Positions 37,679 through 47,272 of a DNA stretch of 64,000 bases are shown here, piece after piece; position 1 is the first letter of the stretch, and every line of letters begins with the position of its first letter. This DNA comes from an uncultured delta proteobacterium (GTDB lineage: Bacteria; Desulfobacterota; Binatia; Binatales; Binataceae): assembly GCA_963794325.1 (NCBI GenBank), contig CAWCDG010000002.1:288001-352000 (forward strand). The letters run 5' to 3'. Under the pieces are notes generated by a model. It was given only the letters and a program-made list of their open reading frames with translations. It made no database searches and was not told where the DNA came from. Both the position numbers and the translations under genes were made by a program.

Positions 37679-38836
37679 GTGCAGCGCGAGGACACTCAGG
37701 GAGGAACAGGATCCACGGCCGTATCGGCGACTGTCGGCGACGGTGTTAGCGAGATCGTCTCGCTATCCCAGATAGTGCATAGTGCGGACCGCCTTGGGGG
37801 GATGGTGGTGCGTTCGGCGCAGGTGCGCAAGGTGCTCAAGTCGGTATCGCAGCTGAGCCCGTACAAGGCGACGGTGCTGATTTCGGGCGAATCGGGAACC
37901 GGCAAGGAGCTGGTTGCGCGCGCGCTTCATACATTGGGTCCGGTTCCAAACGGTCCGTTCGTGACGCTGAATTGTTCCAACCTGGTCGAGGCGTTGGCCG
38001 AGTCGCAGTTGTTCGGTCACATACGTGGCGCCTTTACCGACGCGCGCGAGGAGTCTCAGGGTTATTTCCGGGCGGCGAACGGCGGCACGCTGTTTCTCGA
38101 CGAGATCGGTGAGTTGCCGCTCAAGCTGCAGCCCAAGTTGCTGCGCTCTGTCGAGACGCATGAAGTTCAGCCGGTCGGTTCGTCGCATAGTTACAAGGTT
38201 AATTTGCGGCTGGTCGCGGCGACGAATCGCGACTTGCGCGCGATGGTCAAAGCGGGGACCTTTCGCGACGACCTGTACTTCCGGATGAGTGCGGCGGCGA
38301 TCTTTATCCCGCCGCTGCGCGAGCGCCGCGAGGCAATCCCGGCCTTCATCGGATTTTTCATCGAACAATACAATCATCTGTTCGGCAAAGATGTCTCGGA
38401 GATCTCGCGCGCCGCTATCGATATCCTGTGCGCGTATCAATGGCCGGGAAATGTGCGGGAGCTCTCCAACGCGATCGAAAGCGCGGTTATCGTAAGCGAG
38501 AACAATCGAATTGTCGTATCTGATCTTCCTGAGCAGGTGGTGGATGGAACCGGCGCTGAGTTGTTGAACTCGCAAGTGGAAACCCACTCCAACGGTCATC
38601 AGCCTGCGCCAGTCGTGCATCGCGGGCCTCCGATCGACTTCGGTTCCGAGCCGCTGGGCTTTTTGCTCGATGACGTTATCAAGAAGACGCTGGTGCGCTC
38701 GCTCGAAGAGACCGAAGGAAATCGACGCCGCGCCGCCGACTTGCTCGGCGTGTCACGCTCGACGCTATACCGGATGCTGACCCGCTACGGTATCGCCGAG
38801 AATCCGCACCGCCTCGTGGTCCAGCCAACGCTGTAA
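37679..38836 (+). CDS. sigma54-dependent activator lacking an N-terminal regulatory domain
   Basis: GTG 37679 after AGGGGG; GESGTGKE, GAFTDA, FLDEIGEL, WPGNVREL, HTH GNRRRAADLLGVSRSTLYR. Confidence 0.92.
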   Translation: MQREDTQGGTGSTAVSATVGDGVSEIVSLSQIVHSADRLGGMVVRSAQVRKVLKSVSQLSPYKATVLISGESGTGKELVARALHTLGPVPNGPFVTLNCSNLVEALAESQLFGHIRGAFTDAREESQGYFRAANGGTLFLDEIGELPLKLQPKLLRSVETHEVQPVGSSHSYKVNLRLVAATNRDLRAMVKAGTFRDDLYFRMSAAAIFIPPLRERREAIPAFIGFFIEQYNHLFGKDVSEISRAAIDILCAYQWPGNVRELSNAIESAVIVSENNRIVVSDLPEQVVDGTGAELLNSQVETHSNGHQPAPVVHRGPPIDFGSEPLGFLLDDVIKKTLVRSLEETEGNRRRAADLLGVSRSTLYRMLTRYGIAENPHRLVVQPTL

Positions 38837-38903
38837 GGCTGAGGCTGCGCCGAAATCGCGAAGGCTGGAAAACTTCGCGCGCTTCGATAAGAATTTCTTG
38901 GCT

Positions 38904-39200
38904 ATGATGAAGTTTGCGCGACTTGTTGCGACGCTTGCCGCATTCGCTATTCTCGCCGCTGATTTCCCTGCTATGGCCGCGTCGCCTTCGCCGGAGCTGG
39001 TCAATCTCGAGCGTCAGGTCTCTCTCGAGCTGGCGCACGTGCGTGACAGCGGACCCACCGATCCCGCCAAACGGAAACAGCTCTTCGACGCGAGCCAGTT
39101 GGAGCAGAAGGGTGAGGCGGCGATCAAATCCGGCGACTACAAATCGGCCGAGGACAGCCTGCTGCAGGCGCGCGCGATCCTGCGCCAGCTCTCCGACTGA
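38904..39200 (+). CDS. small secreted helical protein
   Basis: Signal peptide MMKFARLVATLAAFAILA...AMA; amphipathic helices. Confidence 0.65.
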   Translation: MMKFARLVATLAAFAILAADFPAMAASPSPELVNLERQVSLELAHVRDSGPTDPAKRKQLFDASQLEQKGEAAIKSGDYKSAEDSLLQARAILRQLSD

Positions 39201-39218
39201 CGGCTTGCGGCGCAATCA

Positions 39219-39338
39219 GTAGGGCGGGCCGCCGTGCCCGCCCTCTCCTCAAGGCTGCGGCCGCGCCCAGCCTAATTTGTTGGTAGGCGTGGGCGCGGAC
39301 GCCCGCGCTTCGATGGCGGGCACGGCGGCCCGCCCCAC
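39219..39338. repeat. inverted GTAG-REP doublet (REPIN-like)
   Basis: GTAGGGCGGGCCGCCGTGCCCGCC at 39219-39242 and an inverted copy at 39315-39338. Confidence 0.85.
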
Positions 39339-39388
39339 TAATTTCATAGCGCGTGCGGGTTCTGGTAAGTTCTAATTGCGAGTTCGAA

Positions 39389-40549
39389 ATGAGTGGTTCG
39401 GATCAAATCTGGGCTGAGGCATTGCGCACGCTGGAGCGCGGTCAGCGATTTGCGCTGGCGACGGTGGTCAACGTTCGTGGCTCGACGCCGCGTGAGGTCG
39501 GGGCCAAAATGATCGTTCGCGAGGATGGGCAGTTCGGCACGATCGGCGGCGGATGCGGCGAGGCCGAGGTTTTTCGAAAAGCTCGTGTATTACTTGAAGA
39601 AAAAGGAAGCAGCGGCGCACGCCTGGCAGAAGTCGATCTCACCGGCGATTTCGACCAGCGTGAGATCGGGACATGCGGCGGAATAATGGACGTGTTCGTG
39701 GACCTGTGGTCGCCCGCCCGCGATCTGGGAATCGCGCGCAAACTGGCCGACGCCGCCGGCCGCAGTGCTCCCGGTGCGTTGCTGACGGTGGTCGATTCCG
39801 GTTCGCGATCGGAGCTGCCGGTTGGTTCGCGGACGTTCATCGATCCTCATGATGCGGCTGCCCGCGATGCGGGGCCGATCGATCTGCCTGCGGCAGGGTT
39901 CGCCGAGATCATCGAACGCACCACCGATGCGATTCCCGCGTTGCTCGAAGTCGATGGCGCCGGATCGCTTCAGTCGATTACGCATCTCGAACCGAACGGC
40001 GGTGTGCGCTTGTTCGTCGATCCGATCGTCGGTGCGCAGCGCCTGATAATCGCCGGCGCGGGCCATATCGCGGTGCCGTTGTGCGCGCTTGGAGTCATGC
40101 TTGGATTTCACGTGACAGTCATCGACGATCGCGCGTCGTTTGCGAATCGCGAGCGGTTTTCCGAGGCTGACGAAATAATCGTCCAGCCCTTCAAGGCGGC
40201 GATCGACTCGCTCGCGCTCGACGGCCACTGCTACCTGGTGAGCGTCACGCGCGGTCATTCGTTCGATGAGGAAGTGGTGCGGGCAGCGCTGATGCAGCCT
40301 TGCGGATTCGTCGGGATGATCGGTTCGCGCCGCCGGGTGAAAGCCATGCTCGAGAGAATCGGCGAGAGCGGTATTTCTAAAGAGCGCCTGGCCGATGTTC
40401 ACGCGCCGCTCGGAGTCGCGATCGGCGGCGAGACGCCCGAGGAGATCGCGATTTCGATCATCGCCGAAATTATTCGCGAGCGCCGCACCGAAGAGCGGGA
40501 CGAGTTCACACTCGGTGTCCGCTTCGGCAATCTCAAACGCTCGAAGTAG
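39389..40549 (+). CDS. xdhC: XdhC/CoxF molybdoenzyme maturation factor
   Basis: GSTPREVGAKM, GTIGGGC, CGG, AGAGHIA, TRGH..D, GMIGSRRR, ETPEEIAISI. Confidence 0.9.
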   Translation: MSGSDQIWAEALRTLERGQRFALATVVNVRGSTPREVGAKMIVREDGQFGTIGGGCGEAEVFRKARVLLEEKGSSGARLAEVDLTGDFDQREIGTCGGIMDVFVDLWSPARDLGIARKLADAAGRSAPGALLTVVDSGSRSELPVGSRTFIDPHDAAARDAGPIDLPAAGFAEIIERTTDAIPALLEVDGAGSLQSITHLEPNGGVRLFVDPIVGAQRLIIAGAGHIAVPLCALGVMLGFHVTVIDDRASFANRERFSEADEIIVQPFKAAIDSLALDGHCYLVSVTRGHSFDEEVVRAALMQPCGFVGMIGSRRRVKAMLERIGESGISKERLADVHAPLGVAIGGETPEEIAISIIAEIIRERRTEERDEFTLGVRFGNLKRSK

Positions 40550-40560
40550 CAACCTTATTG

Positions 40561-41184
40561 ATGCGGGATCATCTCGAGGGAATCATCCTGGCCGCGGGCG
40601 AATCGCGCCGGATGGGCTATCCGAAGCCGCTCCTGAAAATCGGTGATCGAACTTTTATCGAGCAGATAGCCGAGACGATGCTCGCAGTCGTGCCGCGGCT
40701 GGTGATTGTAATCGGGGCGCATGGCGATCGCGTTCGCGCGGCGATTCCGAATGATGCTCGTATCGCGATCGTCGAGAATCCGAACTATGAGCGCGGACAG
40801 TTGTCGTCGCTGAAGGTTGGCCTCGGCGCTCTCCAGCCTGACGCGGCGGGCGCGCTGGTGCATCTCGGAGATCATCCGTTGGTCAAGGTCGAAACGTTCC
40901 GGGCAGTTGTCGATTCGTATAATCAAACTCACAAGCCAATCCTGGTCGCACGCCACGACGGCCACCGCGGCCATCCGGTGATTTTCGATCGCGCAGTATT
41001 TTATGAACTCCAGGCGGCCCCCGAAGAAGAGGGCGCCCGCCACGTGGTAAACGCCAACCCGTCGCGGGTATTCTGTGTGGACCTGCCCGATCCGGGAATC
41101 AATCTGGATTTGGACACGCCGTCCGACCTGATCCGCGCAGGCTTACCTCCACCCCCGGGGCATAAGTCGGGCGAAAACGTGTAA
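40561..41184 (+). CDS. mocA: molybdenum cofactor cytidylyltransferase (MocA-like)
   Basis: ILAAGESRRMG.PKPLL, LGDHP, GHPVIF, DLDTP; adjacent to xdhC. Confidence 0.85.
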   Translation: MRDHLEGIILAAGESRRMGYPKPLLKIGDRTFIEQIAETMLAVVPRLVIVIGAHGDRVRAAIPNDARIAIVENPNYERGQLSSLKVGLGALQPDAAGALVHLGDHPLVKVETFRAVVDSYNQTHKPILVARHDGHRGHPVIFDRAVFYELQAAPEEEGARHVVNANPSRVFCVDLPDPGINLDLDTPSDLIRAGLPPPPGHKSGENV

Positions 41185-41207
41185 CCGTTGGCGACATGAA
41201 GCGTATT
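41180..41207 (+). promoter_or_regulatory. ECF-type promoter upstream of the ECF sigma gene
   Basis: TGTAAC-N16-CGTA(TT), the AAC/CGT architecture of ECF promoters. Confidence 0.65.
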
Positions 41208-41257
41208 AATAAACAGTTATGTTGGGTCGCTCGGCGCGTCGAAGGGCAGGGTGGAGA

Positions 41258-41851
41258 TTGAGCGACAAACCCGACGAGGAACTGATAGCCGAAGTCCTCG
41301 GCGGGCAGAATGACGCCTTCGCCGAGCTGGCTGGGCGGCATCGGCCACGAGTTGAGCGATTATGCAGGCGATTTTTCTCGGACGAAGAAATGGCGCGCGA
41401 CATCGCGCAGGAGAGTTTCATCCGGGCGTACACCGCGCTGGCGACGTATCGAGCGGAGATGCCGTTTGGCGGATGGCTCCGCGCGATCGTAGTGAATCTG
41501 TGCTACGACGAGTTGCGCCGGCGGCGACGGCGTCCCGAGGAACTGGTCGGGGATTTCAGCGCGCCGGAAGTGCAATGGATGCAGACGGCGAACGTCGCGT
41601 CGCCGGAGGATATCGTCGGTGATGCCGAAGAGCGGCGCGAAGCTTATGATTTGGCGCATCGCCTGCTCGATACGCTCAAGCCCGACGACCGGATGGTGAT
41701 GGTGCTGAAAGAAAGTGAAGATTTAAGCGTCAGCGAAATCGCGGAGACGCTTGGATGGAGTGAGGCGAAGGTAAAAATCCGCGCGTTCCGCGCTCGGCAG
41801 GCACTGCGCAAACAGGCAGAGCGGATGCTCGCAGCGGGGCGCAACAGGTAA
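41258..41851 (+). CDS. ECF RNA polymerase sigma factor
   Basis: DIAQESFIRAY, FGGWLRAIVVNLCYD, SEIAETLGWSEAKVKIRAFRAR; TTG start after GGAG. Confidence 0.92.
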   Translation: MSDKPDEELIAEVLGGQNDAFAELAGRHRPRVERLCRRFFSDEEMARDIAQESFIRAYTALATYRAEMPFGGWLRAIVVNLCYDELRRRRRRPEELVGDFSAPEVQWMQTANVASPEDIVGDAEERREAYDLAHRLLDTLKPDDRMVMVLKESEDLSVSEIAETLGWSEAKVKIRAFRARQALRKQAERMLAAGRNR

Positions 41852-41856
41852 CGGCA

Positions 41857-42315
41857 ATGAATTGTTTTGAAGCACGACAGGAATTTCCCGCGCTGTGGCG
41901 CAAACAGTTGACAGCGGAGCGTCGGGACGAACTACTGGCGCATCTGAAGGGATGCGAGAAATGCGATCATGCGTTTCGCGTCTTTGCGTTGACGGCGCCG
42001 GTGCTGCATGGCGAGATGGACCAGCAGGCATCACGGGTAGCGCGGCCCGCGCGTCGCGAATTCTCGCTGGCAGACAGGCCGCGCCGATTCGCGTCGGTGA
42101 CGCGCGAGGCGCCGCGCCCGAATCGATGGCTCCCAATGGCGGCGGCTGCCGCGATTTTTGTATTCGCTACCAGCGCGGCATATCTTTCGACGCGCTCGCC
42201 GAACGAGTCTCTTGGCGAGGCGTTATCGGTTCCCGAGTTGAGCTTGAGTCCCGAAACGGCGGGCGATCCATTGGCACCGGAGATGCCACTGACAGAGAAC
42301 GATCTTGCCAGCTAA
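41857..42315 (+). CDS. zinc-binding anti-sigma factor (ZAS/zf-HC2) with one TM segment
   Basis: MNC...HLKGCEKC (HxxxCxxC). Confidence 0.85.
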   Translation: MNCFEARQEFPALWRKQLTAERRDELLAHLKGCEKCDHAFRVFALTAPVLHGEMDQQASRVARPARREFSLADRPRRFASVTREAPRPNRWLPMAAAAAIFVFATSAAYLSTRSPNESLGEALSVPELSLSPETAGDPLAPEMPLTENDLAS

Positions 42316-42745
42316 ATCGAATATCTGGTTCGGCCTCGTAATTGGAATCTCGTGCCTCCTGATTGGTTTTGCCCTCAGCACAATGGCGTACCGGGACCAC
42401 TACCTGCTGGTGCCGGGGTCGGGATTGATCGAGCGAATGAATCTGGAGCTCAACCTGACACCGTCGCAACGCGATCAAATCGGCGACATCCTGCGCGACA
42501 CACGGTTCAAAGTGATGAAGGCGCGGCAGGATTTTGACCACCAACGGCATACCCTGTTCTGGCAGGGTCTCGGCCAGGTTCGCGGCGTGCTGACCCCGGA
42601 TCAGCAGAAGATATTCGATCGCGATTTCACGCATCCATGGGAGCATCACGGGCACCATGGCGATCACGACGAAGACAATGATGATCACCTCCCGCCGGTT
42701 GAAGGCGCGCCTGCTCAGCCGGCGCCTCCCGCGCCACAGAATTAG
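42305..42745 (+). CDS. Spy/CpxP-like extracytoplasmic protein with a His/Asp-rich tail
   Basis: LNLTPSQ and VLTPDQQ LTxxQ motifs; HHGHHGDHDEDNDDH. Confidence 0.75.
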   Translation: MPAKSNIWFGLVIGISCLLIGFALSTMAYRDHYLLVPGSGLIERMNLELNLTPSQRDQIGDILRDTRFKVMKARQDFDHQRHTLFWQGLGQVRGVLTPDQQKIFDRDFTHPWEHHGHHGDHDEDNDDHLPPVEGAPAQPAPPAPQN

Positions 42746-42768
42746 TACCTAGTCGAGGGGACCGTCGT

Positions 42769-43695
42769 CTAAGTGAGATGACCGGCTCTCTGCCGCCAAC
42801 GTCTCGAATGGCGAGTCAGCCGATGGCCGTGACGCGCCCGCTGCAGCCTGGTCTGAGCATGCGACGGCGGAACGACCTGAGATCCTGAATTTGTTTCAGT
42901 TAAAGCTGTAGGCACCGTCGCTGGAGATACCGCGACCGGACCGGGAGTTCGAGTAGTAACGGGTCGCGCGTCGGTCGAAGCGATTGCAGTTGACGGCCGC
43001 TGGTCGAGCGAGCTGGCGACGGCCGACGAACTCCCGGCCGAATGCCGGTAGGCGGTGCGCATCGTTCCGATTCCCCATGCGATGCATGGGAGGAGGATTC
43101 CTCCGATCACCGTTGCGGCAGCAACCTGGCGCCATCTCTGAAGAGCCTTGGCATATGCAGTCGGCGCAGGCGTCGCGACAACTTGGTTCTCGGCCTTTTC
43201 GAAGTCGCAGATGAAACGCGAGACTACCTTCTTCTCATCGAGGCCGAGAAAATCCGCGTACCGGCGGAAAAACGGAAGCAGATAGAGTTGATCAGGGATC
43301 GCGTCGTAGCTATCGCTCTCGATCATTTTGACGTAGTAGGCGGGAATGCGCGTCCGATCGGCGACCTGCTCTCGTGAGAGACCCGAATGTTTGCGCGTCT
43401 CGGTCATGAGCTGGCCGAGGGTCTGATCGATTTCGAGGCCCGACCATTCATCTTCGCGCGGCGGCAGTTGCTCTAACGCATCGCTCGGTCCTGGCGGCTT
43501 GCCCAAATCGCCGCGCAGGTTTGTTTCAAAAACAAATGTCGAGGAGGTATCTCGCGGTCCGGGGCGAAACGCGGTTTCCCTGGGCTCATCGCGCACGCGG
43601 TCGGCGTCGGTCAGCCTGACTAGATTGCTTTGGGCGATTTGATCGTTCGAGCCGCTTCCGGAGAAACCGGGGAACGGTTGCTTAACAACGGACAT
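42769..43695 (-). CDS. RodZ-like HTH membrane protein
   Basis: LGQLMTETRKHSGLSREQVADRTRIPAYYVKMIE...FRRYADFLGLD, then a TM segment and a low-complexity tail. Confidence 0.7.
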   Translation of the reverse strand: MSVVKQPFPGFSGSGSNDQIAQSNLVRLTDADRVRDEPRETAFRPGPRDTSSTFVFETNLRGDLGKPPGPSDALEQLPPREDEWSGLEIDQTLGQLMTETRKHSGLSREQVADRTRIPAYYVKMIESDSYDAIPDQLYLLPFFRRYADFLGLDEKKVVSRFICDFEKAENQVVATPAPTAYAKALQRWRQVAAATVIGGILLPCIAWGIGTMRTAYRHSAGSSSAVASSLDQRPSTAIASTDARPVTTRTPGPVAVSPATVPTALTETNSGSQVVPPSHAQTRLQRARHGHRLTRHSRRWRQRAGHLT

Positions 43696-43968
43696 CCGAC
43701 CACCTCCTCAACCCGTACAACCGCAACTGCTGCGAGCCCCGTTGCGATCGAGGATCTTGTCATAATTACATACGAACCTGAAGTAGCTAGTTAGAAATTA
43801 GTCAATGACAGGCGACTCCGTGAGTAGCTATTCTCCGAGTAAGTATAACGAACACGAAGATGACGCCGAGAATTCGCAAGAATACGAAAATTTCACGTTC
43901 AACAGCGTGGTAAGTGAGTAAAGCTCGATATGAACCAGCCGCTCGGTCTTGACCGGCCAGGAAGAAAA

Positions 43969-43985
43969 TGACACTCATAGTGTCA
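43969..43985. promoter_or_regulatory. palindromic operator (candidate TetR site)
   Basis: TGACACT-CAT-AGTGTCA perfect inverted repeat ~30 nt before the GTG at 44015. Confidence 0.6.
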
Positions 43986-44014
43986 ATAGATGGATCTTAC
44001 ATTCGGAAATAATC

Positions 44015-45109
44015 GTGCAGCCTGATCGCGATACACGCTATCGCGTGTTCGGGATGAGCCAATCCTATTTCACCCGCAAGCTCACCGGTTATCTCGACTA
44101 CAAGGCAATCCCGTATCTGTTGCGGCGATTCGTGGGCGCGAATCCCGCGGCGCGCGAGGCCGGTTGGCCCGGCGCCATGCCGTTGGTGATGACGCCGGAC
44201 GGCGAATTCATGTGGGATACGACGTCGATGATTCATCACCTCGAGTCGCGCTTTCATGAGCCGCGCGTATTTCCGGCGGATCCTGAGCTGCGGTTTATCG
44301 ACTACATCCTGGAAGATGCGCTTGACGAATGGTTCTATCGGCCCGCCGTCGGATCGCGATGGTTCTATGAGGAAAATCATCGCGTTGGTGGATGGGAGCT
44401 TGCCCGCGACGCCACCCACGAGGTGAAGATGTCCACAGACCAGGCGTACGCGGCAGTTAAGCAGTACGTGACCGCCACTTGCGAACCATTCGGCGTGACG
44501 GGTGCGAACATCGACTCGTGGATCGGCGAAATTCTGCGGCCGTGGTTTCGCGTGACCGGCGTGCATCTCAGTTCGCATCCATATTTCCTCGGCGCGCGTC
44601 CATCGCTCGCGGACTTCGCATTCTTCGGCGGCGACGCCGCCCACTTCATCAACGATCCCCTGTGCCGCCGATGGGTCGACGAGGACGCGCCCGCGATTGT
44701 CACGCACACTCATCGCATCATGGAGCCCGAGGATCAGAAGTTCGGTGAGTGGATGGCGCCGAGCGAAATACCCGAGACGTTGATCGCGATTCTGGCCGAA
44801 CTCGGGCGGTTCTACTTGCCATGGGTGAGCCGCGCGGCGGTGGAGGGGAAAGCAGAGCTGGTATTCGCGAGCGGACACCGGATCGAAATAGCAGTCACCC
44901 CGTTTCTTGCCGAATCGCGCGCGATACTGCTTGCACGCTACGTCGAGTTTCGCAGCGATGCACTGGACGCGATCCTCGATCGCGCGGGAATCCGGTCGTA
45001 CTTTGCGGACTACGTCGATCATGCCGGCAAGTTGCCGAGCTTCGAGACGCCGCCGCGTCCTGCATTGAATCGCCCGTTCGCGCCACCATGGGAAACAGAG
45101 CGGCTGTAA
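44015..45109 (+). CDS. glutathione S-transferase-like protein
   Basis: SQSYFTRKL..YLDYK, MPLV.TPDG..MWDTT, YFLGARPSLADFA; start uncertain (43949 or 44015). Confidence 0.78.
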   Translation: MQPDRDTRYRVFGMSQSYFTRKLTGYLDYKAIPYLLRRFVGANPAAREAGWPGAMPLVMTPDGEFMWDTTSMIHHLESRFHEPRVFPADPELRFIDYILEDALDEWFYRPAVGSRWFYEENHRVGGWELARDATHEVKMSTDQAYAAVKQYVTATCEPFGVTGANIDSWIGEILRPWFRVTGVHLSSHPYFLGARPSLADFAFFGGDAAHFINDPLCRRWVDEDAPAIVTHTHRIMEPEDQKFGEWMAPSEIPETLIAILAELGRFYLPWVSRAAVEGKAELVFASGHRIEIAVTPFLAESRAILLARYVEFRSDALDAILDRAGIRSYFADYVDHAGKLPSFETPPRPALNRPFAPPWETERL

Positions 45110-45110
45110 G

Positions 45111-45566
45111 ATGAATGACTCCTCGAAATCTACCTGGGTCGGCGACGCACTAGCGTGGAAGGTCGTGGCGCTGATGGGAATCCTGAACGTGTTTCGCGGC
45201 AGCATACACACATTCCTGCCCGACGGTGGCGCGGGCGTCATCGCGGGCTTTGACCTCAGCCATTCGCGCCAGACCATCGTATTTCTGTTCGCGGTGATGG
45301 GTATCGAGCAGCTTTCGCTGGGAGTGGTCGATTTGATCGTCGCGTTTCGCGCACGATGGCTCGCGATACCGTTGCTGTGGTTCCACACGCTGGAGCAGAC
45401 CGCGGCGGAAATGGTTTTCGTGTCGTACAAGCCGGCGCCCGGGCATCCTCCCGGGATGGTCGGCGCGCCGCTGACGCTTGCGATTCTGTGGCTCGCGCTT
45501 GGATGGATTTACTGGCGGCGAGCAGGCGGCGCGCGTCAAACGGCGGCGCCGATTCGAGCGCATTGA
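45111..45566 (+). CDS. small membrane protein of unknown function
   Basis: About four hydrophobic segments; starts 1 nt after the GST stop. Confidence 0.65.
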   Translation: MNDSSKSTWVGDALAWKVVALMGILNVFRGSIHTFLPDGGAGVIAGFDLSHSRQTIVFLFAVMGIEQLSLGVVDLIVAFRARWLAIPLLWFHTLEQTAAEMVFVSYKPAPGHPPGMVGAPLTLAILWLALGWIYWRRAGGARQTAAPIRAH

Positions 45567-45592
45567 CAAAGTCAGAAAGTCGAGAGGCGTCG

Positions 45593-47254
45593 ATGCGAAT
45601 TGGAACGAGGGGAAGGGCCGCAATTGTAGCTGTGATCGTGGTCGCGGCGATCGGCTGGATTCTGTTTCAGCGTTACTGGTACTACCTCCCGGGCATAGTC
45701 GCTAGCATCAGAAATCCGATCGAGGCGAATCATCCTGTGACGTGGGAAAGCGGACCTGCGGTTGCGGCCGCCCCGCCACAGCAGCGTCCGCCGAACGTGG
45801 TCGTTATTCTCGCCGACGACCTCGGCTTCAACGACATCACGGTCAACGGTGGTGGCGTGGCGGACGGCGCCGTGCCGACGCCCAATATCGACGCGATCGC
45901 GCATGAGGGCGTGTCGTTTGCGCAGGGCTACGCCGGCGACGCGACGTGCGCGCCGTCGCGCGCGGCAATCATGACAGGGCGCTTTGCGACGCGTTTTGGT
46001 TTCGAGTTCACGCCGGCGCCGGTGCAATTCGAACGGCTGATTTCGATGTACGACTACGGCCCGCACAAGCCGATATTCCACAAAGAGTTGGTGAGTCACG
46101 AACCGCCGATGGCGGATGAGGCGGTGCCGACGAGCGAAATTACGATCGCGCAACTGCTCAAGACTCGCGACTATCACACGATGTTTTTCGGCAAATGGCA
46201 TCTCGGCGAGACCGACGCAGCGCGGCCTGACCACCGGGGTTTCGACGAGACGCTCGGATTTCTGGCGGGCGCGTCGATGTATCTGCGGGCGAACGATCCC
46301 GCGGTTGAGAACTCGGTCCAGGACTTCGATCCGATCGACAAATTCCTGTGGGCAAACTTGCCGTTCGCCGTGACCCGCAACGGCGGCCATAGATTCTATC
46401 CCTCGGAATACATGACCGATTACCTCGGCGATGAAGCGGTCAAGGCGATCAACGCCAATAAGAACCGCCCGTTTTTGATTTATCTCGCGTTCAATGCGCC
46501 GCATGTTCCGCTGCAGGCGCTGAAATCCGACTACGACGCTCTGCCGCAAATCAGCGATCATCGCCTGCGCGTATATGGCGCGATGATCCGCGCGCTGGAT
46601 CGCAACGTGGGCAACGTAATGTCAGCGCTGAAAAAAAACGGGCTCGACCAGAACACTCTGGTGATCTTCACCAGCGACAATGGTGGCGCGAATTACATCG
46701 GGCTGCCGTATATCAACCGGCCATACCGCGGTTGGAAGGCGACGTTTTTCGAGGGCGGTATTCACGTGCCGTTTTTCATGAGATGGCCGGCGAAAATTGC
46801 GGCTGGTACGAAATACAACTTGCCGATCGCGCACACCGACATTTTCGCGACTGTCGCGGCGGCCGCAGGCGCGCCGTTGCCCGCTGATCGCGTGATGGAC
46901 GGAGTGAATGTGATTCCCTTTGTCACGGGGGCGAGCACCGGAAGTCCACACACTACGCTCTATTGGCGCTCGGGATCGTACAAGACGCTGCTCGACGGTG
47001 AATGGAAGCTGCAGGTCTCGGCGCGGCCGGACAAGATGTGGCTGTTCGATCTGAAGACGGATCCGACGGAGCACAATAATCTCGCGTCGAGCCAGTCCGA
47101 CAAGCTTAAGGAGATGGTGCAGGTACTCGACGCGATCGATCGGCAGCAGGCCAAGCCGTTGTGGCCGTCATTGCTCGAAGGGCCGATCGATATCGATCAT
47201 CCGTTGTCGTTCCCGCAGCATCCCAACGACGAGTACGTCTATTGGTCCAACTAA
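45593..47254 (+). CDS. Cys-type (formylglycine-dependent) sulfatase, N-terminally anchored
   Basis: PNVVVILADDLG, CAPSRAAIMTGR, GKWHLG, FTSDNG, EGGIHVP. Confidence 0.93.
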   Translation: MRIGTRGRAAIVAVIVVAAIGWILFQRYWYYLPGIVASIRNPIEANHPVTWESGPAVAAAPPQQRPPNVVVILADDLGFNDITVNGGGVADGAVPTPNIDAIAHEGVSFAQGYAGDATCAPSRAAIMTGRFATRFGFEFTPAPVQFERLISMYDYGPHKPIFHKELVSHEPPMADEAVPTSEITIAQLLKTRDYHTMFFGKWHLGETDAARPDHRGFDETLGFLAGASMYLRANDPAVENSVQDFDPIDKFLWANLPFAVTRNGGHRFYPSEYMTDYLGDEAVKAINANKNRPFLIYLAFNAPHVPLQALKSDYDALPQISDHRLRVYGAMIRALDRNVGNVMSALKKNGLDQNTLVIFTSDNGGANYIGLPYINRPYRGWKATFFEGGIHVPFFMRWPAKIAAGTKYNLPIAHTDIFATVAAAAGAPLPADRVMDGVNVIPFVTGASTGSPHTTLYWRSGSYKTLLDGEWKLQVSARPDKMWLFDLKTDPTEHNNLASSQSDKLKEMVQVLDAIDRQQAKPLWPSLLEGPIDIDHPLSFPQHPNDEYVYWSN

Positions 47255-47272
47255 TTTAGTGGGAGGTGTGCT

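Noticed and set aside
39389-41184. CO dehydrogenase or xanthine dehydrogenase cluster
   Set aside because: Only maturation genes are present; no structural subunits occur in the window
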